A DNA stretch of 62,408 bases, the filler included, from Basidioascus undulatus (lineage: Eukaryota): NCBI GenBank assembly GCA_000826855.1. It is 5 parts of 5 records of this genome, joined end to end, with 100 filler letters (N's around TTAATTAATTAA, not from the genome) between each part and the next. Parts side by side here need not be neighbours in the genome. Positions count along the whole stretch, not along the records: positions 35,582 to 43,045 come from JTLS01001550.1; positions 43,146 to 54,853 come from JTLS01001551.1; 3 more parts are not named here. The stretch is one strand, 5' to 3'. The translations under genes were made by a program, and so were the position numbers. Below, piece by piece: positions 37,643-50,840 of this stretch; position 1 is the stretch's first letter, and each line of letters starts with the position of its first letter. Under the pieces are notes generated by a model. That model saw only the letters and a program-made list of their open reading frames with translations. It did no database searches and was not told the DNA's origin.

Positions 37643-39558
37643 GATGGCGGGCGAGCGTTGCTGAGAGACAGAGGCAAGGAGGAGCGCAGTAAGGCAGTCT
37701 TTTTTAACTGGCGGCAGCAAAATCTGTGCATATGCCCCCCGGTCGTCGTTCCACGCCTCTGCGGAGAAAGGCAACTGAAAGACATGTCATACAGTACGCT
37801 GCCACAAGCTGCACACGGGACGAGTTCGGCAACGGCAGATTCCCCCCGCCTCCTTGACTCATCACTTCGTTGCCCCATTTCGGTGATATTTCCTTCACGC
37901 CGTCAGCCCAAGAAGCCTCATAAGCACATCCATAATCCCGTCTTGCTTGGGCAAGTCTTCGCATCGAAACGAGCCAGCAAGTTACACTTGATTGCCAGAA
38001 AGTGCTCCGAATTGTGTCAGACGCCCGGTAGTATCGGTCTGGGATCGATAGGTTCTGAAGAGAAGAATATGCGAACAGAGAACGCCAAGACGGATGGCGA
38101 GTCGAGTGATTATTGAACAGGTCGGCGTGACGGAATCGCTGCATCCGGCGGTTCAGCGCGGCTCGCGGTCCGCCGAATGGAAGGCGCAATTGAAGCTCAT
38201 TGGTTGAGAAAGTGATGGTGCGATATCGTCGGGGTTGAGCGGTCATTTCCAGGAGCGTTGAGAACATCGCGGACATCCCCTCCAGGCCCGCCGGTGGGGA
38301 CGAGGCGGATGGGGCTAGCGCAGCAATGTGGAAAAGTTGATGCGAAACACTGCGAGAATGGGTCATGAAAAGGGGGAGATTGACCGAGGGTGAATGAGTC
38401 CCGACATCAATCTGCGAGTTATGAGGAGGCCTGAGAGGAGGTCGGCCCACGAGAACGAAGCCTCAGTGCAGCGACCACCGGGCAAATGCGATCGAAACGT
38501 CCGGCTGAATGTTTCGCAGGACTGAGTATGAAATCAGCCGTACCAGGTGGACAGTAGAGACCTCGATGTAAGTCGCAAGTTAGGGGAGATCGATCTTTTT
38601 GTAGGTCATGAAGTGGTCAGAGGCACGTCCGCCCACCGAGGCCTTTTGATCGCCCCTCGAAAGTCCATTGCCCACAGGAAGGGACTGCGTACGAAGGAGG
38701 TGTTGAACAGTACTTGACGTGTGAGTGAGTATTAAAATGGAAGTCGAGCCGTGGGCGCTGATCAAAAGAGAGGCGAGGGAGAGGTGGGGATGGTGAGAGC
38801 GGAGACCTAAGAGGCGGCAAGGGGAGATCAGCGGCCAGCGCGGCACATTCGCTGCGGGTCCGGCAGCCTCGCCTTGCCTGCGGCATTTTTGCCTGTCGAG
38901 AGGACCGCCTCCCTCGTACGTTCCTCTTTCACATCAATATACTTCATGATGTTTGTAACGGAAAAGGACTGAATTGAATTTTAACATTCAGAATCGCAGT
39001 AGACTTGTGCTGTCCTGTGGCGGGTCGACTGTGTTGGTCCGTTGCAAACGACGGTCGTCTAGTTAGATCTGCCTGAGTGGTTGGTGTCCATCTCATCGCT
39101 TCCAAACACAACTGAAAACTGGAAGACGCAGTCTTCACTACCAAACGTCTTCTGTACAGGCCCGTGGGAGCAAGACCTCGGTGCTGTTGTCTGCGGAATC
39201 AGTGGTCGAAGCACCCGGGCCGGATTGCGCGGTGCTCAATCATCTCATCGACTGTTACAAATATAGGGGAGGTACTGGGGCGTCTTCATAGAACCATCAT
39301 TATCCGAAGTCCGGACAACAACCCGTCCTGCCGATCTCGAAGCTTGGGACAACGCTGTTTGCGCAGGAGGCTATGGGAAGACTGAAGGAGGAGATCAAGT
39401 ATCGTGCGATTGCGGCTGTTACTAGCGTTCAGGATTTAAGCGACGCCGTGCACTTGTACGCCATGTAGACATTCGTTCATTGTACGCTGCGCAACTGCAA
39501 CAGTACGCAAGGCTTGCGGAACTAAAGAGAGGCAACGATCATTTTGGGATACAAAACA

Positions 39559-40793
39559 TTATTTTGAAGGATAGTACGAAAAGCGAAAGGCAGAGAAGTT
39601 CATACTGACCGTTGGGTGTATGCCCGTCTCAGGACGGTGAAGGGGGCAGCGCCGTCACGTAGGACACAGCGAAAATGACACGTTGGGTGCCTGGTTTACG
39701 TTTCACCATGCATCAGAATCGTAGAATAGCAGGAAGAGGGTGAGGATATGGACAGAAACACATCCAGTGGGCTTACCGTCGGCCAAGGTGATCCCCATCT
39801 TCACGCTCTTCGTGCTCGGATCGAATGTCCACGTGTCGGTACGAGCATAGCGGAAGTCCAGCACGCCCCCCTGGACGAAGGAAGTGTCGCTCCCATCACT
39901 GACGGGCACTATTTCGGTACCTGGGCAATGCACAGGCGCTCTGTCAACGGGCGAAGCTGTACGTGTCCAAGTCCATAGCGGCACTGTACAGACATATCGG
40001 TCACTTCGGAGCGTTCGGTGTCGTATCTATCGGTCTCGATGAATCTCCGCCTCGTGATCGACGCGGAGACGTATCTGTAATCGCTAATGGAGTCCTGACG
40101 ATCAAATCGAAGGTGTTCGCAGTTGAATGTCAGGTTCCGGCATAAGCTTCCGTGAAAAGTATGCACCTTTAGCTCATGGCGATATTTTCGCTAATTCCGG
40201 TCGAAGGAGCAGTGAAGGTGATTTGAAGCGAGTCCTTTGTGGTCTTGGTTAGGCTGGAAAGGAGAGAAAATGTGTGTCAAGCATAGCTCGACGTCTCCCG
40301 TGAGAGATAGAGGCGCACAAGCCATCGCCGTTGATGGTTTTGGTGACACAGAGGTTTGAGTTGGCATTGCAGATGTATCCGACGTATCTGCACGGGACAC
40401 CAGAACCGGATTGTCAGTAGGTCTCTAGAAGGACGGCATTCAGCCACTAACTCGACGGGGTCGGAGGGGTCGACGGTGCAGGCCTGGTGAAAGGTATGAA
40501 ATGTAAGTCTCTGATGTTGACTCAGAGAGGAGATAAACGGAGGGACGAACCGTTGTTGAAGACTTGACGAGGTTTGAGCAGAGCAAGGCCAGCGGCCAAT
40601 CTGTTTCCCAAGGGCCAGTTTGTGAGCGCCGAAGTTCTTCTAAAGAGTAAGTGATGGACCCACCGTTGAGCGTCAGTGCGGTAAAGAGGCTCAGATGCTA
40701 CAGGCGCGGGCATCGGCGAGCGCTCTTGCTCGTGCGCGTTGAGCCGGCAACGGTGCTGACGGCGAGAAGGAGATGAGGCCAAATAGCGACCAT
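39559..40793 (-). pseudogene. Probable secreted-protein gene, disrupted (3' boundary uncertain)
   Basis: Signal-like MVAIWPHLLLAVSTVAG, a frameshift, then RTDAQR/LAAGLALLKPR (resembling the xNAxRLAxGLPPLxPR motif of basidiomycete secreted proteins), a Ser/Thr-rich exon, and FRYARTDTWTFDPSTKSV. Internal stops are present. Confidence 0.45.
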
Positions 40794-41835
40794 GCTGATT
40801 GGACTTGGTCAAGAGGGATACCAGGAATGCTAGTTAGAATGAGGAAGGAGAAGCAACGACAGCAACGCGAAGCTGGGCTCTTTGAACGCGAGCGTTTTTC
40901 CCAGCAGCTGACTCTGTTCTCGGACGCGTCGTTTCTCAAAGCTTCAACCTGTTCACCAAACAAAGGGACATACATGCTGATGGCTACAGAACCTGCGGAC
41001 AAGTATTGGAGACGAGCTTATGTGAACGCAAAAGCCAGGCAGCTGATGACAGGCGTTCAGAAGTCGTTGCACAACTTCAAGCTCTATACGCTGCTGGTAC
41101 TTTCAGAGGGCACTCGCCCTGCAAACATGACGCCACAACGCTTACGCTTGTACAGAAACATTTTGCGTATGCACACTGGAACGCTTGACTGGCGGGACCA
41201 GTTGCGTGCGGCGCCCGCTGGGCACACGGCTGTTGAGTTCGCAATAACCTCACGGAACGTATTACTCCTGCACAACCACACTGAGGTTATCAATACAAAT
41301 ACCAGGCGGCACTGGGAGCAGCTTTTGCAGCATCAATCACCTCTACAACGCCTGCGTACTGCAGAGTCTACAGTACGCAGACGGTACGGTAGTGTTCTGA
41401 AGAGCTGCTTGACGCATTGCTCGAGTATGTTGAGGATCCTGACTTTTGTCCCAAAACTACAGTCCGACCTCGCATTCCAACTGAGGCAGTCAGCAGCTGC
41501 AGTAGGGCAGTAGCGTTCGGTCTGCTCCTGTACCGACAGCCGGTCCCGGTGCACCTCATTCTCGAGGGCGAGCTTGCTCGCGGGTCGCTCGCTCCCTCCC
41601 TCTGAGCTCCCGCAAGACAAAAAACCGGCCTGCACGGACTTGTCGCGAACGCAAACACATCGGAAGCCTTCCTCCGAACGCTCGAGCATAATCGACAACG
41701 CAAGCGCGAAATAAATCTTTACTCCACAAGCCATACAACAGCGCGATAAACAACAGCACTAAACAAACAACAACATTATCTTCCTTTCCCCTTACAACAG
41801 CGTCCTCCCTCCTGCCGATATGGGCGGCCCGGCGC

Positions 41836-43045
41836 CTATCCGCCAACGCGGACGATGATCCGACCCTCGCCGACCGCGCACGCCCAGCCCTCGCGCTCGA
41901 GCAGCTTGCGCAGCGCGGGGAGGAGCACGCTCCGCCCGCCCGAGGAGTGCGAGCCGCGGCCGGTGATGATGGTTAGGGGGCGATCTGTGCCAACCCAGCC
42001 AAGCATTATCATCTTCTGCTTCTCCCAGGGCTGGGATGGAGGGAGGGGGATGAAGGGGGATGGGGGAAAGACACGCACTGGAATTAGCGAACCAACGCTC
42101 AACAGCCTCCTTCGCGACGGGCAAGGCCTCGGCCTGCGTCAGCCCGTGCAGGTCGATCGTCGCTTCTTGCGGGGTGGATTTGCGGCTGTTCGTCGGGGCG
42201 TAGATGTGATGTCAGAAGCCACGTAGGACTTGCGGAAAGGGCGCAGGGAAAGAGAAAGGGGAAAGGAGAGAAGACGCACGACCGCTCCACCTCCGCCCGT
42301 GCCGCGTGCAGCGCCCACTCCTCCGCGCGGGCGGCGTACTCGCGAGCCTGCCAACCACCACACATCGGTTATCACTTTCGGCTCTTGCCACGGCGCGTCG
42401 AACTTGGTATTGAGGGAATGTGGGAGGAGAGAGAGAAGGGCGGGGAGAGGAGATGGAGAGAACGGAGAAGGGAGGGAAGACGCACATCGTCCGCCTTCGC
42501 AGCCGCCGCACCCGTCCCGCCCTCGCCCCAGCCGCGTCCGACTTTGTACAGCCTGCATTCGGCGCACCCATCACCGCCCCACAAAATGCCACACTATCAG
42601 TCAAAGGGGGTAAAAGGAAGGGGAAGGGTAGGAGAAAGGAAGACCCACCGCGCAGCGTCCCGCAGCGCCGCCCGCCTGCGCGCGCGCCACTCGCGCTCCA
42701 TCTCCCTGCATACGCGGGGGTCGTCCCGCGCACTCGTGCCCGTCGAAGTCGCATACCCAATCCCATTCCCGTTCGCCTGCTGTTTCTCTTCCCACTCATC
42801 AGTCCCCACGCAGACGCCAAGCTGTGCCAGACCGGGAAAAAAGGGAAAGCGAACCTGCTGCTGAGCGGTCCCCGTCCCGGGCGGGTAGTACGTTTTTGCG
42901 CGCAGCTGGGGTAGGAACGGGTGGTGGTCGGGTGGTTTCTTCTTCGAGGCGTTGGAGGAGAGGGGCATGGTCTTCCACGAGCTCGGCGGCGGGGGTAGGG
43001 TGCGCGCTGATGGCACCTTCGCTGGGGGTGGGGGAGCGAGGGCGG
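41836..43045 (-). CDS. Smr-domain (DUF1771+Smr) endonuclease-like protein, Cue2/N4BP2 type; 5' end cut by the contig break
   Basis: CREMEREWRARRRAALRDAAR..AREYAARAEEWALHAARAEV..ATIDLHGLTQAEAL..AVERW../PLTIITGRGSHSSGGRSVLLPALRKLLEREGW..GEGRIIV. Confidence 0.85.
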
Positions 43046-43145
43046 NNNNNNNNNNNNNNNNNNNNNNNNNNNNNNNNNNNNNNNNNNNNTTAATTAATTA
43101 ANNNNNNNNNNNNNNNNNNNNNNNNNNNNNNNNNNNNNNNNNNNN
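43046..43145. other. Artificial contig linker
   Basis: N-TTAATTAATTAA-N, 100 nt. Confidence 0.97.
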
Positions 43146-43627
43146 CGGGGGAGGGGCCGGGGCGGACGGAAGGCATAAGGCGGATCGTGGAGGGGTTGAT
43201 TTTGCGGAGGGCCTCTGTGTGTACCCTACTTTGTCAGCAGGAAAAGAAGGACAAGGGAGAGAGGGGAGAGGGAGGAGAAGGGGAAGACGGACCGTTGGTC
43301 AAGTTAAACCCTGACAGCTCCCGCCCGTCCGCGTCAAAGCTCCCGATGAGCACGAGGTCCTCCGCCGCCTCGCGGTCCTCGTCGGCAAGGAGGCGGAGCG
43401 TGGGGGCCGCACCGAGGCGGGCGAGGTCGGAGGTCAGTTGCTGCCACCGACGAAGGAGCGACTAGGTTAGTAAGATAGAGGAAGAGGGAGGGAGCGAAGA
43501 AAGGGAGAGGGAGAGGAGGAACGGGGAGAGGAGTGAGGGAGAGAAGACCAACAGGATAAGCATCGTGGTGCACGCCTGACACAGCGCAGTACGTGTGCCA
43601 CCCGCCGAGGTTGCGCTCGTCCCGCAT
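43146..43627 (-). CDS. Hypothetical protein, 5' exons only, divergent from RPC11
   Basis: MRDERNLGGWHTYCAVSGVHHDAYP/SLLRRWQQLTSDLARLGAAPTLRLLADEDREAAEDLVLIGSFDADG../HTEALRKINP, with typical C/T-rich introns. Runs into the gap. Confidence 0.5.
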
Positions 43628-44164
43628 AGTGTCCAGCACCTTGAAGTGGAAAGTGCACAGTAAAGTGGAAGGATTAAAGGAGTGGCGAGCAAGGAGGATG
43701 GATGGGGAAGGAAGACGTGCAAAGCACGCGATTTTACCGATTGCTTATGTGAACGTTATCGCCTTCGAGGCGACGGCCGTCAGGTACGGCGGGCGAGAGA
43801 AGGGTCGTTCAAGAGTCTACGTTCAGGAGCGGTTTCGCGAATGGCAAGAACGCCAACTTTCCGCCGCCGCCGAGTAGCGACTTCTCCTTGCACTTGATCG
43901 TCGTGAGCAGGAGCTCTATATCGCTTTCTCTAGTTGAACACTTGGAGCACGAGCACGTAGAATAATGTGAGTACACCGTTCCTCACCACGCAATGCTCGG
44001 ACGCTCTAATCGATCGAGTCGATCCGCCAAGCGTCTTCGTCCTCCTTGCCTTACTCGCTCTCTCTCCCCTTCGCGTCTCCACTTTCGCGTCTCCAAAACG
44101 GCGCTTGAGATCAGACTCTCGACCGGACGCACCTTTCTTACCCCTCGTTCCTCACCAGCCCGCC

Positions 44165-44910
44165 ATGCTCTTCTGCCCCAACTGCGCCACCTCGCTCGTC
44201 ATCTCCCGCGAGTCGAGCGGGTTCAACAAATGGGCATGCAACACCTGCCCGTACGAGTTTCCCATCTCCAAGCAGGTGCGTCCCCTCTTTCCCAAAACCC
44301 CCATTCCCCTCCCTCTCTCCTATCCTCCCTATCTCCTCCTACTCCTCCTTTGTGTCGTATTTGGGATGTGTGTACGCGGGTGCTGATGTGCTCGGTGGGA
44401 TGGGTGTGGTGTAGATGACGAGCCGCACCAAACTCAAGCGGAAAGAGGTAGACGACGTACTCGGCGGGGAGGAGCAGTGGAAGAATGTGGACCAAACGGA
44501 CGGTGGGTTCCCCCATCACTTTCCCCTATCCTCCACTCCTTCCCTCCGCCATCCTCCCGTCCTGCTGTCTTCATCGTTCCCGATGACTCGGCACTGGTTT
44601 AAATGCTTAACAAAAGGGAATGATGACAGCCGAATGCCCAAAATGCTCCAACGGTCGCGCGTTCTTCATGCAGCTCCAGATCCGCAGTGCCGACGAGCCA
44701 ATGACGACGTTCTACCGGTGCGTCTGGCCCTTGTCTCCCTCCAATTCCCTTCTTCCCTTCTCCGTTCATCGCCGAGAACCTCGTGTATGGAGGGGGGACG
44801 CGGGATCTGGTGTTGACCCACACCGCCGCTCGGACTCTACTGACGTCCGCCCTCCCACGTTAAACAGATGCACCAACGCGAAATGCGCGTTCCAGTGGAA
44901 AGAGAACTGA
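44165..44910 (+). CDS. RPC11: RNA polymerase III subunit C11 (TFIIS-like), four exons
   Basis: MLFCPNCATSL..ACNTCPYEFPI/..KRKEVDDVLGGEEQWKNVDQT/ECPKC..AFFMQLQIRSADEPMTTFYR/CTNAKCAFQWKEN. Confidence 0.97.
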
Positions 44911-46688
44911 TCCCCTCCGCCTACGCATCCGCCACTCCCACACCCTCCTCCACCCCACACATTCTCTTTTTCCTTCCGGGTTCTCAGAGTCTCCGCACAC
45001 GCACGCACGCACAAATTGTATTGTACACTGTACCCATACCAACATCTACGCCACGCCCACGGGCCTACAGTCGCATGCGGAGCGGGACGCACCGACGGCG
45101 AGGCTCGTGCTCTCGCCCATGCGAATCGTCAACTCCTTCGTATCATTCTTCTCTCATCAACTCAATGACTGACTCCTCGATCGATCACCCTCACGCTTCA
45201 CTTCCCCGATCCACGCGTCAGCCTTTGCTGTCATTAGCTTCTCCTCAAAAGTAGCCGAACGCATTTCCTCCGCTAGCTGACTCCTGCCGCGCGCTCGCCC
45301 GCTCACTGTCATATTCGGTGCCCATCAACGAACCTCACCCAATCACATTACTTCTCATTCACCCTCGCGTATCCTCCTGCCCTGAATCTATACGCCCTTC
45401 AACTCACCCACCCACACTCCCATCTTCCCTCACCTCCCCTTCCAGCGCTCCTCATCCCCCAACCCCCACCCCGAACCTCCAACCACCCCGCGCCCTTCCC
45501 TTATCCCCTCAAGCACAAGACCCCTCCGCCTTCACCTCTCCGCACCCAACTACCCCCGCACCCTGCTCAGCCCCTTCTCATACGCTTCAGCTTCCGCGGC
45601 AGCGTCTGCCTCCGGCTCCTCCGGATCCTCGGCCAAGGGTGAACATCACAGGCACGGTAGTTATCATTGTGCATAATCTAATCTGACCGTGAAACGCATA
45701 TTTGATGCTCACCCGCAGAAGCTATCCACGAACCCGATTCCGGGGTGGGCTCGCATCGCCCGGGCCATAAGCATCCCGAACTCCGACGCCAGCTGCTCTG
45801 CTGTACGCTTGGACCTGAGGAGGATCTCCGATGGCTTGTTGCGACTGAAGCCATCAAACCAGCCAGAATTCGTTGAGGGGTCATCGCAGTGTGATGGTAT
45901 AGATGATTAAGAGCGCCCGTACGCCAATTGCGGACCAGCATAGATAAAGTCAGGTACTGAAGGGACATACGCGTTTGCTAGCTGCCGCTCAACCTTGCAC
46001 ATATACCGGTGGCATGGTCCGTGTAAGCAAATACAGTGGGCGCTCTCAAATCGAGGACCTGTCCACCGAGCTTACTTGGATACCGCAGCCCGCCAGCTTT
46101 CTGCATGCCTCCACGAGCATCTTGTTTGCCTATTAAGGGATGGTCTCAAAGTATCAGATTTCCTGAAGGACTGGAGCTCGTAATCTTGGAGAAGGGCAGG
46201 AGAAGCTGCCTACCTCGTCCACCTTCAACAACGACGACTTGGAAGTACTACAGTTGCTTTTCAGCCTCTTCGACATGTCGAGCCAGCGCGCCCTGTCCGG
46301 GAAAGCCTGCCCGACCAGCTAGAACTCAGTCACATGTTGCCTGTATAGCAGATATCATGCTGTTCCACTGCACACGAGCCTTTTTGTATTTGAAACGCCA
46401 TTGCAGTCGATGAAAGGCAGGGAAAAACGTGAGAAGAAGCTGAGTCGTCGCGAATGTGGCTGTGGTAGGACAAGCGGCAAGCCGGTAAGTTATGCATGAC
46501 AGTTTCTAGAGGAAGTGCCTCGCAGTTGCAACGTGAAAGAACCTGACTTCGTTGGTGTAGCCAGATCCCTTTCTTGAAGCCCGTATGCAACATTTTTGCA
46601 GACTCACTCGACCGCTTCCGAACAGCGACGGTACCGACACAGCGTCCATGGTTAAAAAGTCGCAACAAGTCCGCTATCGAATAACAGA

Positions 46689-49600
46689 TTAAAAGGCATT
46701 CCTCCTGTTCCCCGGTACCCCATCATCCCTGAACGGGTCCCTCGTGTCTCGCCAGCTCCGGCGTGCGTCCGTAAAGTCCTCAAAAGGATTGTCGTCGTCA
46801 TCCATCCAGTGACTGCGGTGCGGAGGCCTCCGCGGAGGGGGAACCACTTGGAATGCTGCGGCTGTCGAGTCTCTGTATGCCTCGTTGCTCCCGATGGACG
46901 AGTACTGGGAAGGATCTTTGGGCAACTCTGGACGCAAACGTCCGACGACACGCGGCGGGAGCATGCTTGACCTCGGCATGGGCGAGGGTGAGGGCGCGAG
47001 AGGCGTGCGGTGGGAGCTCTCGAAAGCTTGATCGGACGTTTCGGGCGCGTTTCGAGGAGCTGGGACGAAGGACTTGTGGAGATGCACCGAGCGCGCGCGG
47101 CCCATGAGCGTGCTGGCCCATGCGAAGCGGGGCTTGCGCTCGTTGTCGATGGAGAGCAGCGACGAGGAGACCGCAGGGGGCGCGCAGTCAAGAGGAGGGG
47201 GGTCGGGTCTAGGGAAGAGAGGGGGAGCTGCCGCCGCTGGGGGCTGCGGCACGGCCGCAGATGCGGTTTTCTCCGGCATGTGCTTCTCGGAAGCGGCCGT
47301 GCCGAAGAAGAATGAGGACGAAAAAGGTGGCAACGAGTAGAAGGGTTCCGCGCGAGCCGACGGAGGGAGTCTACGCCGTTGCCAGAAGGCGAGAGCACTG
47401 TCGCGAATGAATAAGGTCCAGAGGACGACGAACAAAGCGATCTGATGGAGCGAAAAGCGTGAGGACCGTAAATCAAAGCGGGATCGACATGCAAACCCGG
47501 CACTTACAAGTACGACGGCCAAGTAGATCGCCAAGAATACAATGTGCATCGTTAATTGACTCCGCAGGCTCTTCTCGTACGCGTCGAGCAATTGCCCGAC
47601 GACGCCGCCATTGGACGAGTTGGAACCGCCCAACGCTGCGTTGAGTGGAGCAAGCGCAGACCCGATAGAGCTGTTGTTCGGAACGAGAATGTCGTCGTTC
47701 ACTGAGCCAGGGAGATAAGTCAGCCTATAGACATAGACAAGGCGAACACGCAATGAGCGCACCACGAGAGAAGTTAACATGGGCGTTGTCGTGAACCCAG
47801 GTAAGGCCGGAAGTAATCGCATCGATCTTGGAGCCGAGTACGCATCGGACATATGTCTCGACAGCATCCTGGGGACACGCAGGGCGTTAGCAGCAGCGAC
47901 AGACCTCGACATAAGCAAAGCAAAGTTGTACGCACGTCCATAAAGGTCCCTTCGCTATACGGACGAGGGCATCAGCATGATGATGAACGGGGTGAAAGGA
48001 GGACCGAATGCTCACAAAACAGTCTGCACAGCCTTGTTAATACCATCCATAAAAGACGTGAGTGTGTCATTTATGGGCAGGACAGCGCTATCGACAAATC
48101 CAAAGACGTCGTCGTTCATCTATGCCAGCGATGGAGGTAGGGTCAGTCTCGATTGCTCATGCAAAATTCTCGCTGGGAAAAGGAAAGTGGACAGTTGACT
48201 CCATCCGGGAAATGTACGCATTGAGGGAGTCGGCTGCAAGTCGTGTATGTCAGAGGTGCGCTGCGGTGTTACAGAACATCCATGCCGTCGACATACCGAA
48301 TGCTTTGGACTGCGGACCGGTCGAATCAAATAGGGACTGGCTAACGCTGTTCTGCATAGCGGCCGAAGACGAGTCGATGCGGGCAGTATACGTCGGTCGG
48401 AGGTGGTCGACTGTGCATTACCACAGCATTAACCGTTGCAGTCCGACAAGATAAGGAAACATGACTTACGGGCGGCGAGCTGAGCAAGTACAGAGATGAG
48501 TCCGACCAAGCCCAACGCCAGCAAGCCGAGAGGTCCGGGATGCGTCGTGTAGAGGAAGAACCAGCTGCGGTGGCGTCGAGAAAATTAGTGCCTTCGCGAT
48601 AATTGAAGAAAAATCGCAAGCGCACCGAGTTGAGTTACGGACTCGCTCCGATCGAAGCCGGTCCGTCAAGCTGAACATGAAGGGGTGCTGAAGACGAGTC
48701 ACGAGCTCCTTAAATCGCGCCTCGGTTCCGTTCCAGCCGTCGTTGCCAAGGACCTCGACTTCGCTTCGGACGATGTCTTCTACGCGCTTGACGGCGCGCC
48801 ACTCGGACCAAACGAGCCAAGCGCAGATGAGCAACGCGAAGACGAGGACCGCTATGATGCCGGCGCGCGCCAGAACCCAGATGTCGTGCGCGAGCGAGTC
48901 GATCAAGGAAAGGTCGAGATCGGAGCAGATGTCAAGCGTCGACGCGAGGTTGGACGCAGTCGCGTTAGGGTTCGAGGAGAGAGCCTCGGTGGCGTTAAAG
49001 GAGTACGACGCGAATGTGGAGTTGACCTCTCTACAAGACAAATGAAGGAATGAGCGGGACCAGTTTCCAATCCAAATAGTCTCACCCTTCGAGCTTGGTG
49101 AACGGGACCGTAATCCTGTGCACTGGGCGTCAGATTGCCGATATGAAGCAAAACGTTATCGACTCACAGCTTCTCGAGCTCGTCCTTGAGATCATCGAGA
49201 TCAGGCATTTTGTCCTGAATCTGTGGGTTCGAGGTCAGCGACACGCATTTAGAAGCGTTGCTTGATCGAGCTGCGGCGATGCACCTCCTTCAGCGTGTCC
49301 TCGGCGCCGGTAGGCATCGTGAAGTTGGCGAGAGAGTTGAGATCCGGAATGGACAGGTCGTCAATGCTTTGGCCCGTGAAGCTGATTGCCTTGTTAATCC
49401 CGTCGATGACCGTGTTGGCAGCGCCGAAGGCGGACTGGACGGCCGAACGAATGCCTTTGACCATGCTTTCGACTAGGTGACGACTCAACGTCAGCGTTGC
49501 GAAGTGCGGGCGCAAAAGCGGCCGCCAACCTACTCGCGTCGTTGGCCTGTACGTGCGGTGATTGGTCAGCGCTGCCAGCGGGAACGGAGTTACGTCGACA

Positions 49601-50274
49601 CCTTACCTCGGTGACCAGAGCCAGAACAGCGGCAAGCGCTCCTTGCACAATGAGCTGGATGAGACACAGGAGGAGGGACCGGAACATGTCGATGAAGAAC
49701 ATGATCTGTGCTCGTAAAACTGAGCGTGAGCGTCAAAACCATGAGGCAGCGCGAGACAACAAGCGCACGATTTTAGGTGTCACGGTCAAGCTATTGGAAC
49801 TGTGAGTGACTGCTCATCGCAGCGTTAGGAAGGAGACACCCACATAATCAAGATCAAGCGCTGTGTTCCGCCGACCGTCCCATCTACGCTCTTCTGCACC
49901 GACCGGATCACGGCCTGCTTTACCGCATCGGGGGACTCGAGGACTTGTCGAGCGAGAGATTGGACGCTTCCGCAGGCGCTCTGAAGAGTCGCCTTTGAGG
50001 CTTCGGCCGCCGCGTCCACGGCAGCTGAGCCTGATGCGAGCGAGAACGCGACGATGATGACCGCAATGAGCGTGGGGGCGAGGACCGAGAGTGAGATTCG
50101 CGGCGCCAGAGTCAGGTAGGGAGGTAGTGAGGCATTGTTTGATGGTGCTCGGTTGGGAGCAGTCGAGTGAGCGTAGGAAGGCGGGGGGGTCGCATTCGGG
50201 GGACAAGAGGAGAGCTCCTCAACAGGGCCCGCGGGCGCGGCAGTAGCGTAGGGATGAGGGGAGTAAGTGGACAT
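46689..50274 (-). CDS. PRM1: Pheromone-regulated plasma membrane fusion protein Prm1, multi-exon
   Basis: PPYLTLAPRISLS, AKATL.SAC, IMFFIDMFRSLLLCLIQLIVQGAL, DICSDLDLSLID, WFFLYTTHPG, GVVGQLLDAYEKSLRSQL. TM layout is typical of Prm1. Confidence 0.9.
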
Positions 50275-50446
50275 ATCAGAGTTAAGTTACGACGAATAAA
50301 TGATCGAAAGTGTGTCGACCGGCGACGTGAAGCGATAGAGGATATGCGGCCGGCGCAGTGAGTGTTGAGATCGAGGCGAAAGCGTAGGTGGGAGGAGCTA
50401 GAGGTCAGCAAGATGGAGAGCCATCGACACCGACGTTCCACAGGGG

Positions 50447-50550
50447 AAACAAAGGTCAGCGGAACAAACGGAACGCATTCTGAATGTAAGTATTGAGCGG
50501 TGAAGGCGGTGTTGAAGAAAGGGAAGCAAGAGAACAAAGAGAACAAAGAG
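50447..50550. promoter_or_regulatory. Cluster of HMG-box (PRE/TR-box-like) motifs in the PRM1 promoter
   Basis: AAACAAAGG 50447-50455, GAACAAAC 50462-50469, and tandem GAACAAAGAG at 50532-50541 and 50541-50550, 170-280 nt upstream of the PRM1 ATG. Confidence 0.55.
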
Positions 50551-50840
50551 AAAGGCTCTCCGCGGTTTATGTAATCATCCGCTTCACCTTTCCCCCCCCC
50601 CCCCTTCGCGTAAGCCGCTCAACATGGGTCCGCCGAGGTACGGTACCTACCTAGTGCCAGTAAATCCTGCGCATTACTTATTCGACTGAGCATGAGCAAG
50701 AAGAGCGGAAGCAGGCGCGGTAAGTCCCGTCGAGTCCCGTAGATTCGAGGCGGACACGCTCTGAATTTGCGCTTGCTCCTGCCTGTCTCCCAACACGAAC
50801 TTCGGCATTCGCTCAAACCTCTCTTGCAAACAACAACGTA

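Noticed and set aside
37650..38900. Iron or copper response elements upstream of the ferric reductase
   Set aside because: No convincing GATAA cluster or TTTGCTC-type sites were found by eye.
43146..43627. Possible 5' half of the Smr gene across the gap
   Set aside because: No CUE-like or other linking motif is visible, and adjacency across the linker is unverified.
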